Shown: positions 17,545 through 26,701 of the stretch, piece after piece
How the letters are laid out: each line of letters opens with the position of its first letter
Numbering within the stretch: the stretch's first letter is position 1
Source: Candidatus Woesearchaeota archaeon
GTDB lineage: Archaea > Nanobdellota > Nanobdellia > Woesearchaeales > DATGWN01
Direction of reading: 5' to 3'
DNA: 32,539 nucleotides
Assembly: GCA_047603125.1 (NCBI GenBank)
Contig: JBLKOU010000008.1
Coordinates: 1-32,539 of the forward strand
Made by a program: the position numbers and the translations under genes
Notes under the pieces: generated by a model
Database searches by the model: none
What the model was told of the DNA's origin: nothing
Seen by the model: the letters and a program-made list of their open reading frames with translations, nothing else

Positions 17545-18315
17545 ATGGATGAAGAAAATTATCAAAGTGATACAAATGAACTTTTACAGAGAAAACCTCA
17601 AAATAAATCATTCACAGTTTCTTTTTATAGCACACTCGCCTTATTAGGAATTGTAGGGGTCATACTCACCTGGAATGCATATGCTTCTCAAAACATGTTT
17701 CTTCTCTCTATAGGAGTACTCATGATTATATATACCATCTATAATTTAATTACAAAAAATACAAAATCAGTGGCCTTCATCCCTTCAATACTGGCCGCCA
17801 TCTCAATACTTATCTTTCCTTTCATCCTCACAATAAAGCCAGATACGTTACTTTTTTATCTCCTTACAATCTCTTATTTTTGCATTCTGGGTATTCTATC
17901 TACAAGTATGTTTATCGGAATTAATTTTAAACCAGGAAAAATAATACGAATTAATATAATATATGCCATAATTTTAAGTCTCTTTTTTCTGGCATTACAT
18001 GCGCAAGTAGAAGTCTTGAAAGTACTCTCCGAACAGGTGGTAGGTATTGACTCTGTTGATACTGCCAGCGCAATTGGAACTTCTGCGATAACCGAATACG
18101 TACTGGCAAATATAAATCTCGCCTCCATAAATGTAATTTTGATGTACACCATTACACTCTTAAGCTTTTCTTCGACTCATATTTTTACTTATGTTAGAAG
18201 TGAAGCAAGAAAAATGATAAGTCTTGTACCGTATGTAATTATAATTCTTTTCTTTTTCTTGTTGCAAGCTATTATCAGCGGATTAATACAAACCATTTTT
18301 ACGTCAATGCCGTGA
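17545..18315 (+). CDS. Hypothetical multi-pass membrane protein
   Basis: 256 aa, about 7 TM segments; tttaaata 22 nt upstream. Confidence 0.75.
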   Translation: MDEENYQSDTNELLQRKPQNKSFTVSFYSTLALLGIVGVILTWNAYASQNMFLLSIGVLMIIYTIYNLITKNTKSVAFIPSILAAISILIFPFILTIKPDTLLFYLLTISYFCILGILSTSMFIGINFKPGKIIRINIIYAIILSLFFLALHAQVEVLKVLSEQVVGIDSVDTASAIGTSAITEYVLANINLASINVILMYTITLLSFSSTHIFTYVRSEARKMISLVPYVIIILFFFLLQAIISGLIQTIFTSMP

Positions 18316-18330
18316 AGAAACTATTTATTT

Positions 18331-19587
18331 CTATAAAAAGTCTTTCCAAATAATCATGAGATGTATAATATTTAGGAGTATAAAATATATATTTGTGGTT
18401 AAAAAGAGTGTATGCTTTTTTCTTTCTTGTGTTAAAAATCTATTAATTAAAACATAATTTGCAAATAATAATCCAATAATGACGATATAGAGATTAATAA
18501 AAACAAATACTAAGAGTCCAAATAGATATAGAAAATCATATTTTTTGAATTTGGACTGGATAAAATATACTATGAGAAATTGTATTGTGAACACTGTAAG
18601 AATTATGTAGAATGGTATTAAGTAGTACAACATTTGCAAAATAGCATCTAGAGTGAACGTGTAATACATTGGTCGAATTCCAAAATGATGATTCCACGTG
18701 TTGTAAAATGTAAATAAGTGAAACCATGTAAAAAATATGATGTAGGAAAACCATAATAGCGTGAGCGGTAAAATGTTTTTTTCGATATATTTATTTGCGT
18801 ATAACGTGAAAAAGATTGAACTAAAAAAGGAAACTCCAATAATTATGTTAAATACATTTGTTACTTTTTCAAATGAGTTTTCAATACTTAATGATTCTAT
18901 TATCAAAAATGAGAGAAGATATAACAATAAGAAAATGATTGGCAAAATTATAAAATATGTTATTGTTTTTCTTTTTTGATTCATTTTTCTTGTAAATAAA
19001 CTAATGGGGATGAGAAAAAGTAGTGTGTATAAAAGAAATACTATAATTTCGTTGTATTTTTCATAGAATGATAGTTTTATTATCGCCGGATTATGTTCTC
19101 CTTGGGCGTCTTGAATGATACTCACATCATACCCTAATCTATATGGTTTTAATGGAGAGAGACGATATTCTTCGCCAACAGGTAATCCTATTTTGTATAA
19201 GTCGCCTGTTTTTGTAAATCTTATTTTTTGTCCGACAACAAAATTTTCAAATTTTTTCCTATTCCAATTTTGTTCTAGGTTTATTTGAAAACTAACTATT
19301 TGATTATTACTTTGCAATAATTCGTGACTTAAAATTAAGGTTTTACTTGATTCATTTTCAGTTAAAGTTAAATAATTGAAAATATCATAATTTATAAGTG
19401 TGCTGTTATAAATTAATAAGTCTATTTTTCCTATCATTTCGACATTATTATTTATTTTTGTTTCGACAACATATAACCCGACTATTTCTCCCTCTATCTC
19501 AATTGTGAATCTTTCGGAGGGAGGAGCAGATCCAAACACAGACAAAGCTAGTAAAAGTAAGAATATGATTGCTAGTAGTGGTTTCAT
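18331..19587 (-). CDS. Membrane protein with signal peptide, exported domain and multi-TM C-terminus
   Basis: 418 aa, very AT-rich; tttataaa 21 nt upstream. Confidence 0.75.
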   Translation of the reverse strand: MKPLLAIIFLLLLALSVFGSAPPSERFTIEIEGEIVGLYVVETKINNNVEMIGKIDLLIYNSTLINYDIFNYLTLTENESSKTLILSHELLQSNNQIVSFQINLEQNWNRKKFENFVVGQKIRFTKTGDLYKIGLPVGEEYRLSPLKPYRLGYDVSIIQDAQGEHNPAIIKLSFYEKYNEIIVFLLYTLLFLIPISLFTRKMNQKRKTITYFIILPIIFLLLYLLSFLIIESLSIENSFEKVTNVFNIIIGVSFFSSIFFTLYANKYIEKNILPLTLLWFSYIIFFTWFHLFTFYNTWNHHFGIRPMYYTFTLDAILQMLYYLIPFYIILTVFTIQFLIVYFIQSKFKKYDFLYLFGLLVFVFINLYIVIIGLLFANYVLINRFLTQERKKHTLFLTTNIYFILLNIIHLMIIWKDFL

Positions 19588-19618
19588 AGGATTTTTTAGA
19601 TTGTGAGATTTATAAATA

Positions 19619-19930
19619 TTAAGTTATTTTTCTTCGAATTTCAAAGAAATAAAAGAATAGTAAGCTAAATAAGAGATATATGGTAAAATTTGCAACTAAA
19701 TTGAGTGGCTTGAAGGTTTCGCAGAGGTTGGTTTCTCCCCCTTCATTATCAATGCAGGTATTAGGAAAAGCGTTCCATTTTATGTGATATTCAAATGGAA
19801 ATCCAATTCCGCTGACGCCACCATCCGTAAATCCTCCGATTCCAAGATCAGTCTGAATAAAATTAATTGTGTTAAATATAACCAAAGGCAAAACCAAAAA
19901 ATACAGTATGAGTTTTATAATTTTGTTCAT
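19619..19930 (-). CDS. Small two-TM protein, variant-loop paralog
   Basis: Ends near-identical to 21379-21663 and 23049-23333; different centre with a Cys pair; ggtga SD. Confidence 0.85.
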   Translation of the reverse strand: MNKIIKLILYFLVLPLVIFNTINFIQTDLGIGGFTDGGVSGIGFPFEYHIKWNAFPNTCIDNEGGETNLCETFKPLNLVANFTIYLLFSLLFFYFFEIRRKIT

Positions 19931-19944
19931 GTTATATCACCTTT

Positions 19945-21330
19945 TTACTTCGTTGGATCCGCAACCCGTCCCATAAATAAAATGTTCTCTGTTTCATTTT
20001 CTTGAATGATAAAAATAAATGGGTTGTTTGCGTTAAAAACGTTTACAGGTATAGAGCCAGCTAACGTTAAAACAGCAGTTGCAGCAGCAGATTCTGTTCC
20101 TCTCTCGTCAGCTTTAATAAATGCTTTATGTATAACTAAGTCAAAAAAAAGATCTCGTTTACCAGTTATTCCAGAAAAATCCGCATCTGGTGTAAATGCG
20201 GTTGGCATCCCTAAGTCTTTTAAAATATCATTTAGCGTATAATCTGTTTCAAATTCAAATAGCGGCAGATAAATACTATCCATTGATGTTTCTCTCATTT
20301 GAGATTTATATTCGGTAAACGCCTCCAGAGAGATATCAATATCGTCTAGTGTGTGATTGTATTTAATTATTTCATCAGTTCGATAATCATACTTTTCATA
20401 TTGTTTTGGTAAAATAATAATCATTGATAATTGATCTCCTTTATATGGTAATTCAATAATTTGTACTTTTTCAAGTTCTGCATAATTGAATTTCACTGGT
20501 TGAGGTTCCACATCTTCTAAATCTCTTGAACTTAAGTGCATCATTGGAACTTTAATTGGGTTATTAGGAGTTATAAAAAAATCTCTATCTCGTGTATTTT
20601 TTTTATCAAATTGATATTTCCAATCCCCTAAAAAATAGATTGCATTAGTTATAACCAGTTTGGTATCTGGTCTTAGCATACCAGGTTTTATCAATTCTTT
20701 AATTCTATTGTTTGTCTGTTTTTCAATAAACGAATTAATTGTTTGACGAGATGGTTCAGTTTCTTGCACAAAATCTAAATTTGAAGCCTTTCCACCATAA
20801 TAGTTTTGAATAGTAAACACATACTCATCCAAAAGAGGGAAATCTTTTTGAATCCAGAGTGCATTTCCTGTTCTTAAAGTAAAAGATTTGTTTTCTTCAT
20901 TTATTGTATTGTAAAAAGAAGCCGAATTAGACCTTAAAATCTCTTTCTCAGGAAAATAAAACACTTGCCTCATTTCTTGAGCTGTTTGTTCTTTTGCACC
21001 TTCATATGTCATTGCTAAAGCAACCGAAATACTATATGGTGAAAAAAATAAATTATTATTTTGATTTTGTTCAATTCCATTAAACAAATCAAACGCAAAT
21101 TTATTATTTGCATTAATAACTTGCTCAATACCTTCAAGAGTCGAGCTTGTTTCATTTGCTATAAGAGGATGATATGGATCTGAAATTTGCTCAATATCTT
21201 CAAGAGTTGAGCCCGTTTCATCTGCTATAAGAGGACGATATGGATCATAACTAAATAAGAAATGTATTGACATTGCAGTTGTAAGTACTATAAGGAATAC
21301 TATTGAAAGAAGTACTATTTTTTTTGCCAT
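19945..21330 (-). CDS. Serpin (serine protease inhibitor) with N-terminal signal or anchor, copy 1
   Basis: NNKFAFDLF, NLFFSPYSI, TNAIYF.G.W, hinge ERGTESAAATA, FNANNPFIFII...ILFMGRV.DP. Confidence 0.96.
   Translation of the reverse strand: MAKKIVLLSIVFLIVLTTAMSIHFLFSYDPYRPLIADETGSTLEDIEQISDPYHPLIANETSSTLEGIEQVINANNKFAFDLFNGIEQNQNNNLFFSPYSISVALAMTYEGAKEQTAQEMRQVFYFPEKEILRSNSASFYNTINEENKSFTLRTGNALWIQKDFPLLDEYVFTIQNYYGGKASNLDFVQETEPSRQTINSFIEKQTNNRIKELIKPGMLRPDTKLVITNAIYFLGDWKYQFDKKNTRDRDFFITPNNPIKVPMMHLSSRDLEDVEPQPVKFNYAELEKVQIIELPYKGDQLSMIIILPKQYEKYDYRTDEIIKYNHTLDDIDISLEAFTEYKSQMRETSMDSIYLPLFEFETDYTLNDILKDLGMPTAFTPDADFSGITGKRDLFFDLVIHKAFIKADERGTESAAATAVLTLAGSIPVNVFNANNPFIFIIQENETENILFMGRVADPTK
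21121..21246. repeat. 66-bp in-frame duplication in the serpin copy 1 stalk
   Basis: 21121-21180 repeats at 21187-21246 (DPYxPLIAxETxSTLExIEQ twice); single in copy 2. Confidence 0.9.
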
Positions 21331-21352
21331 ATGTAAATTATGAGACTATAGG

Positions 21353-21360
21353 TATTTAAA
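21353..21360 (-). promoter_or_regulatory. TATA box of serpin copy 1 (identical at 23023-23030 for copy 2)
   Basis: gaaaaca-tttaaata on the minus strand, 22 nt before the ATG. Confidence 0.6.
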
Positions 21361-21378
21361 TGTTTTCTGAGATACTTT

Positions 21379-21663
21379 TCATTTCTTTCGAATTTCAAAG
21401 AAATAAAATAGCAGTAAGCTAAATAAGAGATATATGGCAAAATTTGCAACTAAATTGAGTGGTTTGAATTGTTCTAATCTGACTAGTTCACCTTGATCAT
21501 TTGTTACCATAGCAGAACCTGATGTATAATACGTAAAAGGAAATCCTTGGCTGTATCCTCCGATTGCCCAAAGTTGAAGTATTTCTAACGTAAGATACAC
21601 ACCTCCAAACATAACCAAAGGCAAAACCAAAAAATACAATATGAGTTTTATAATTTTGTTCAT
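21379..21663 (-). CDS. Small two-TM protein, paralog
   Basis: 94 aa; starts 14 nt after the serpin stop; GFPFTYY loop motif. Confidence 0.85.
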   Translation of the reverse strand: MNKIIKLILYFLVLPLVMFGGVYLTLEILQLWAIGGYSQGFPFTYYTSGSAMVTNDQGELVRLEQFKPLNLVANFAIYLLFSLLLFYFFEIRKK

Positions 21664-21677
21664 GTTATATCACTTTT

Positions 21678-23000
21678 TCACTTCGTTGGATCCGTAACTC
21701 GTCCCATAAATAAAATGTTCTCTGTTTCATTTTCTTGAATAATAAAAATAAAAGGATTGTTTGCGTTAAAAACGTTCATAGGAAGGGCTGCTAGTCTGTC
21801 TCCTGTCACAGCTGTAGCAGCAGCAGCTTCTGTGCCCTTCTCATCAACTTTAATAAAAGCTTTATGTATGACTGAACCGATTAATAGATCTTGATTGCCC
21901 GTCATACCTGAAAAATCAGCATCAGGGGTAAATGCAGTTGGCATCCCTAAGTCTTTTAAAATATCATTTAGTGTATAATCTGTTTCAAATTCAAATAGTG
22001 GTAAATAAATACTATCCATCGATGTTTCTCGCATTTGAGATTTATATTCGGCAAACGCCTCCAGTGAAATATCAATATCGTCCAGTGTGTAATTATATTC
22101 AATTTTTTCACCAGTTCGATAATCATACCCTTCATATTGTTTTGGTAAAATAATAATCATTGATAATTCATCTCCTTTATATGGCAATTCAATAATTTGT
22201 ACTTTTTCAAGTTCTGCATAATTAAATCTTGCAGGTCTTGGTTTCATATCTCTCATATCTTTAGCTGTTAAGTGCATCATAGGAGCTTTTATTGGGTTAT
22301 TAGGAGTTACAAAAAAATCTCTATCTTGTGTATTTTTTTTATCAAATTGATATTTCCAATCCCCTAAAAAATAGATTGCATTAGTTATAACCAGTTTGGT
22401 ATCTGGTCTTAGCATACCAGGTTTTATCAATTCTTTAATTCTATTGTTTGTCTGTTTTTCAATAAACGAATTAATTGTTTGACGAGATGGTTCAGTTTCT
22501 TGCACAAAATCTAAATTTGAAGCCTTTCCACCATAATAGTTTTGAATAGTAAACACATACTCATCCAAAAGAGGAAAATCTTTTTGAATCCAGAGTGCAT
22601 TTCCTGTTCTTAAAGTGTATGATTTATCTCGTTTGTTAATTAGATTATGAATTGCAGCAGAATTTGGTCTTAAAATCTCTTTTTCAGGAAAATAAAACAC
22701 TTGCCTCATTTCTTGAGCTGTTTGTTCTTTTGCACCCTCATATGTCATTGCTAAAGCAACCGAAACACTATATGGTGAAAAAAATAAATTATTATTTTGA
22801 TTTTGTGAAATTTTATTAAACAAATCAAACGCAAATTTATTATTTGCATTAATAACTTGCTCAATACCTTCAAAAGTTGAGCCTGTTTCATCTGCTATAA
22901 GAGGATGATATGGATCATAACTAAATAAGAAATGTATTGACATTGCAGTTGTAAGTACTATAAGGAATACTATTGAAAGAGGTACTATTTTTTTTGCCAT
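21678..23000 (-). CDS. Serpin with N-terminal signal or anchor, copy 2
   Basis: Same serpin motifs as copy 1; canonical inhibitory hinge EKGTEAAAATA. Confidence 0.96.
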   Translation of the reverse strand: MAKKIVPLSIVFLIVLTTAMSIHFLFSYDPYHPLIADETGSTFEGIEQVINANNKFAFDLFNKISQNQNNNLFFSPYSVSVALAMTYEGAKEQTAQEMRQVFYFPEKEILRPNSAAIHNLINKRDKSYTLRTGNALWIQKDFPLLDEYVFTIQNYYGGKASNLDFVQETEPSRQTINSFIEKQTNNRIKELIKPGMLRPDTKLVITNAIYFLGDWKYQFDKKNTQDRDFFVTPNNPIKAPMMHLTAKDMRDMKPRPARFNYAELEKVQIIELPYKGDELSMIIILPKQYEGYDYRTGEKIEYNYTLDDIDISLEAFAEYKSQMRETSMDSIYLPLFEFETDYTLNDILKDLGMPTAFTPDADFSGMTGNQDLLIGSVIHKAFIKVDEKGTEAAAATAVTGDRLAALPMNVFNANNPFIFIIQENETENILFMGRVTDPTK

Positions 23001-23048
23001 ATGTAAATTATGAGACTATAGGTATTTAAATGTTTTCTGAGATACTTT

Positions 23049-23333
23049 TCATTTCTTTCGAATTTCAAAGAAATAAAATAGCAGTAAGCTAAATAAGAGA
23101 TATATGGCAAAATTTGCAACTAAATTGAGTGGTTTGAATTGTTCTAATCTGACTAGTTCACCTTGATCATTTGTTACCATAGCAGAAGATGATGTATAAT
23201 ATGTAAAAGGAAATCCTCGGTTGTATCCCCCGATTGTCCAAAGTTGAAGTATTTCTAACGTAAGATACACGCCTCCAAACATAACCAAAGGAAAAACCAA
23301 AAAATACAGTATGAGTTTTATAATTTTGTTCAT
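23049..23333 (-). CDS. Small two-TM protein, paralog
   Basis: 94 aa; differs from 21379-21663 at 5 residues. Confidence 0.85.
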   Translation of the reverse strand: MNKIIKLILYFLVFPLVMFGGVYLTLEILQLWTIGGYNRGFPFTYYTSSSAMVTNDQGELVRLEQFKPLNLVANFAIYLLFSLLLFYFFEIRKK

Positions 23334-23442
23334 GTTATATCACTTATTATGATTAATAAATAAAAAGCTTTCTACAAAAGTAGCTCACAAATACAAACGC
23401 AACACATAAAAAGACATCTATCTAAATAAAATACGTGATATA

Positions 23443-24246
23443 ATGCAAACAACAATCGTCTATATGGTCGCCGGGCTTTCCAGTCGCTTTGGCGGAAAAA
23501 TTAAACAATTTGCAAAAGTTGGTCCTCAAAATCAAACATTAATTGAATATTCAATTGAGCAAGCAATGCAAGCTGGGTTTCAAGACATTGTTTTTATTGT
23601 TGGAGAGAAAACTAAAATACCATTTCAGGAAATGTTTGGCGATTCATACAAGGGTTGTCAAGTTCGCTATGCAATGCAAACATTTGACCCACAAACTCGC
23701 GACAAACCTTGGGGAACAGTTGATGCTCTTGTTTGTGCAAAGAAGTTGCTCACAAACCCATTTGTTATTTGTAACGGGGATGATATTTATGGAGAAAAAG
23801 CACTTAAGTGTGCGCATGATGCCATCACCCTGGGAGAAGATGTTATCGTCGGATACTACCTCGGAGATGTTATGCCTTCTGTCGGGAGTGTTAACAGAGG
23901 CATTATTCGAGAAAAGAACGGTCTTGTGGTCGATATACAAGAAAACTATAATATTTCAATAGAGAACCTGTCCGAAAAAAATCTCACTGAAAAAAGCGTA
24001 GCAAGTATGAATTTATTTGGCTTTCAACCAAAAACTATGGAGTTATTTGCACAACAACTAGCTAGCTTCAAAAAAGAAAATCCGAGCAGAACGGCCGAAT
24101 GTTTACTTCCTGTTGAGCTTGGAAAACTCATACAAGAAAATAAAATCTCCGTAAAGCTCGAAAAAACACATGATCAATGGTTTGGTGTAACAAATCCAGA
24201 AGATGAGCAAATTGTACGCGAATTGATTGCAAAAAATAGAAAGTAA
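23443..24246 (+). CDS. Sugar-phosphate nucleotidyltransferase family protein
   Basis: MVAGLSSRFGG.IKQ, KPWGT..A, CNGDDIYG, WFGVTNPED. Confidence 0.88.
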   Translation: MQTTIVYMVAGLSSRFGGKIKQFAKVGPQNQTLIEYSIEQAMQAGFQDIVFIVGEKTKIPFQEMFGDSYKGCQVRYAMQTFDPQTRDKPWGTVDALVCAKKLLTNPFVICNGDDIYGEKALKCAHDAITLGEDVIVGYYLGDVMPSVGSVNRGIIREKNGLVVDIQENYNISIENLSEKNLTEKSVASMNLFGFQPKTMELFAQQLASFKKENPSRTAECLLPVELGKLIQENKISVKLEKTHDQWFGVTNPEDEQIVRELIAKNRK

Positions 24247-24298
24247 CTTACAAAGAATTTAAAAATACCAGTAAAAACTCCAAAGATAGGTGATTGAA

Positions 24299-24610
24299 AT
24301 GGTTGAAAACATAACTACAGAAAATTTTGAAGAAAAAACAAAAACAGGACTTGTGGTCGTTGATTTTTATGCTGATTGGTGTGGGCCTTGTAAAATGATG
24401 GCGCCAACACTTGATAAAATTGACCGCGAGCAAACTGAAATGACAATTTACAAAGTAAATGTCGAGGAGCAACAAGATCTTGCAGTAAAATTCGGTGTTC
24501 GGGGAATTCCTACTTTTGTTGTTTTCAAAGATGGAAAACAACTCGAATCATTTAGTGGTTTTATGCCTGAACCTGAATTTTTAGCTAAAATTAAAGAAGT
24601 GGCGCAATAA
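24299..24610 (+). CDS. trxA: Thioredoxin
   Basis: DFYADWCGPCK, VRGIPT; aggtga SD before ATG 24299. Confidence 0.95.
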   Translation: MVENITTENFEEKTKTGLVVVDFYADWCGPCKMMAPTLDKIDREQTEMTIYKVNVEEQQDLAVKFGVRGIPTFVVFKDGKQLESFSGFMPEPEFLAKIKEVAQ

Positions 24611-25004
24611 GTATCGCAACAAATATACCAAGTAGCGCACCAGTTGCGACTTGGCGCTTTGTGTGCCCAATATATTCTTTTAATTTTTTTTCTTTTAAGT
24701 GTGTTTTTGCAATGAGTTCATTTAAGATAGTTGCTTGCTTGCTTGATTCTAAACGCACACCGCTTGCATCACGAAGTATTATTAGTGTGACAAAGAGCGC
24801 TAAAATAAAAACAGAACTTGCTCCTTCATTAAACCAGATTGAAGTTGTCAAAGCTGTCATTGTTGCTGCATGCGCACTTGGCATCCCCCCATCTGAGAGT
24901 AAATACCTCCAATGATAGACTTTATTCTTTGAATAAAAATAGAAACTCTTGAGTACTTGAGCAAAAAACCATGCAAGTATTGGCGCAAGGATATATTCTT
25001 TCAT
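24591..25004 (-). CDS. Divergent PAP2 family (DUF212) membrane protein
   Basis: AQVLK, GGMPSAHAA, DASGVR, LKE.IGHT..QV..GALLG. Confidence 0.9.
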   Translation of the reverse strand: MKEYILAPILAWFFAQVLKSFYFYSKNKVYHWRYLLSDGGMPSAHAATMTALTTSIWFNEGASSVFILALFVTLIILRDASGVRLESSKQATILNELIAKTHLKEKKLKEYIGHTKRQVATGALLGIFVAILIAPLL

Positions 25005-26701
25005 CTTCTTCTTGTTGTATTTAGTATATATATAAATTTTAGTAATTTATGAGCGACTATAATAACAATCAATAATGAAAACGCATAAATAGTTGCTGCA
25101 AGAATTGGCGTCACTATTTCGGCAAATTGTGCATCAAATAATACAGAGCGTCTTAATAATGTGCTTAAAAGAATAAACGGTGTGAATTCAAGTATTCCGC
25201 GAAAATCACTTGGAACACTTTCTAAAGGTAAAATAAAATCAGAGACGAGAATAAATGCACTTCCAAGTGAAATTGCTGCAAGAATCGTTGTTTGCTCATT
25301 TGAGAATATATAGCCGATGATCATTCCAATAGATGTAAAAATTGTTGCCGCAAGCAGCAAGATAGTCAACGTCGTACCAATGTTTGAGAGAACATCAATT
25401 TCAAACAAAAAGTACCCTAGTGATAATAATAAGAGCATTTGTAATACTGCCACAAGAATTGTTGTAAAAAATATGCTTAAAATAAAAATATAATCTGAAG
25501 TTGGTGTTGCAAAAATACGAAATTTTGCAGGGCTGACTTTTTCAATAACGACAATTGTTGAGCCAAGCATAAGTGAAACAAACATGATTACAAGAATAAC
25601 TAAGCTTGGGAAAATGTAATTTAATCTATTTTCAGTAGTAATTACGGGTTGCACTTGCTGCTCAACTGGACGCACAATACTTGTTGCATCCGTAATCTCA
25701 ATTCCCTGTAATGCCGCATTTACTTGTGCAAAATCTGCTGCAAGTGTGAGAAGATTTGTTTTTATACTCTCAACATCATCTTGCAACTGGCCAAAGCGTG
25801 ATGTAAATGATTGCTGAAGTTTTCCAGCATCACGCACTTTTTCTTGTAAATCAGAAAACGCATCTTCGGTAAGTGAAATAGCTGCATTTAATTGATTTAT
25901 TCGCTGCGTTGTTGTATTCTCATGTGTTGTTATTTTTTCTCGTGCTTGCTCAATTAAATCCATTGCTTGAGAGGTATCTGTCTCCCCACTCATTGCATCT
26001 AATTCATTTTCAATGTCATCAAGTGTTTTTGTATAATCATTTTTATAGGAATTTAAAATATTATTCACATTAGATCGCGCACCTGTTAAGGAACTAATTA
26101 CATTCGGAGTATCAGTTGAAAAATTTAAATCTCCTAATTGATCAGTCGCATCATCCAATGAATCAATAAGACCATCATGTTCTAAGAGCAGCGTTGTTTT
26201 TACATACTCCTCCCATTCTAATAATTTTTCAGATACATCATCAATAGAAACGAGAAGAACGCTTGTTAACTCGGAGCTAATTTCTGCCGTCTGATCTCGA
26301 ATCACACGATTGAGTGAATTTTGAATTAAATCAACAATATTAACTTTGGAATTATCAACATGGACAAAAATATAATTTGTTCGTGATTGTTCGAGTGTGA
26401 AATTAGATGAAAATTCTAGACAACTATGCAGCCGCAAATTTCGAACATCTTCTACACAGACATGTTTTTGCTCATACGACTGTACAACAAACTCTTGCGA
26501 TAATGATTCTACAAAACGTTCATATAAAGGTGTTTTATTCTCGATTATGACACCAACTCGTAAATCAAAAGTTTGATCATTATTATACGCAAATCCTGCA
26601 AGGAGCATGATAAATAGAGGACCGAAGATTATAATGAGCGCAGATATTTTTGAACGTAAAATTGTTTTCAGGTGCTTTGCAATTAATCGTAATAATTTCA
26701 T
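25001..26701 (-). CDS. ABC-2 type transporter permease with a large helical extracellular domain
   Basis: N-terminal TM, long coiled-coil region, C-terminal multi-TM ABC-2 domain (EK...R...TP; LP.E..P). Confidence 0.88.
   Translation of the reverse strand: MKLLRLIAKHLKTILRSKISALIIIFGPLFIMLLAGFAYNNDQTFDLRVGVIIENKTPLYERFVESLSQEFVVQSYEQKHVCVEDVRNLRLHSCLEFSSNFTLEQSRTNYIFVHVDNSKVNIVDLIQNSLNRVIRDQTAEISSELTSVLLVSIDDVSEKLLEWEEYVKTTLLLEHDGLIDSLDDATDQLGDLNFSTDTPNVISSLTGARSNVNNILNSYKNDYTKTLDDIENELDAMSGETDTSQAMDLIEQAREKITTHENTTTQRINQLNAAISLTEDAFSDLQEKVRDAGKLQQSFTSRFGQLQDDVESIKTNLLTLAADFAQVNAALQGIEITDATSIVRPVEQQVQPVITTENRLNYIFPSLVILVIMFVSLMLGSTIVVIEKVSPAKFRIFATPTSDYIFILSIFFTTILVAVLQMLLLLSLGYFLFEIDVLSNIGTTLTILLLAATIFTSIGMIIGYIFSNEQTTILAAISLGSAFILVSDFILPLESVPSDFRGILEFTPFILLSTLLRRSVLFDAQFAEIVTPILAATIYAFSLLIVIIVAHKLLKFIYILNTTRRR

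Larger units (their letters stand above)
19633..23345 (-). repeat. Tandem array: 2 serpin genes and 3 small-membrane-protein genes
   Basis: Periods 1670 bp (21330 to 23000) and 1733 bp (19930 to 21663); intergenic 21331-21378 identical to 23001-23048. Confidence 0.93.

Noticed and set aside
19619..23345. Diversity-generating retroelement as the cause of variation
   Set aside because: No reverse transcriptase or template repeat in the window; differences include indels and are not evidently adenine-specific
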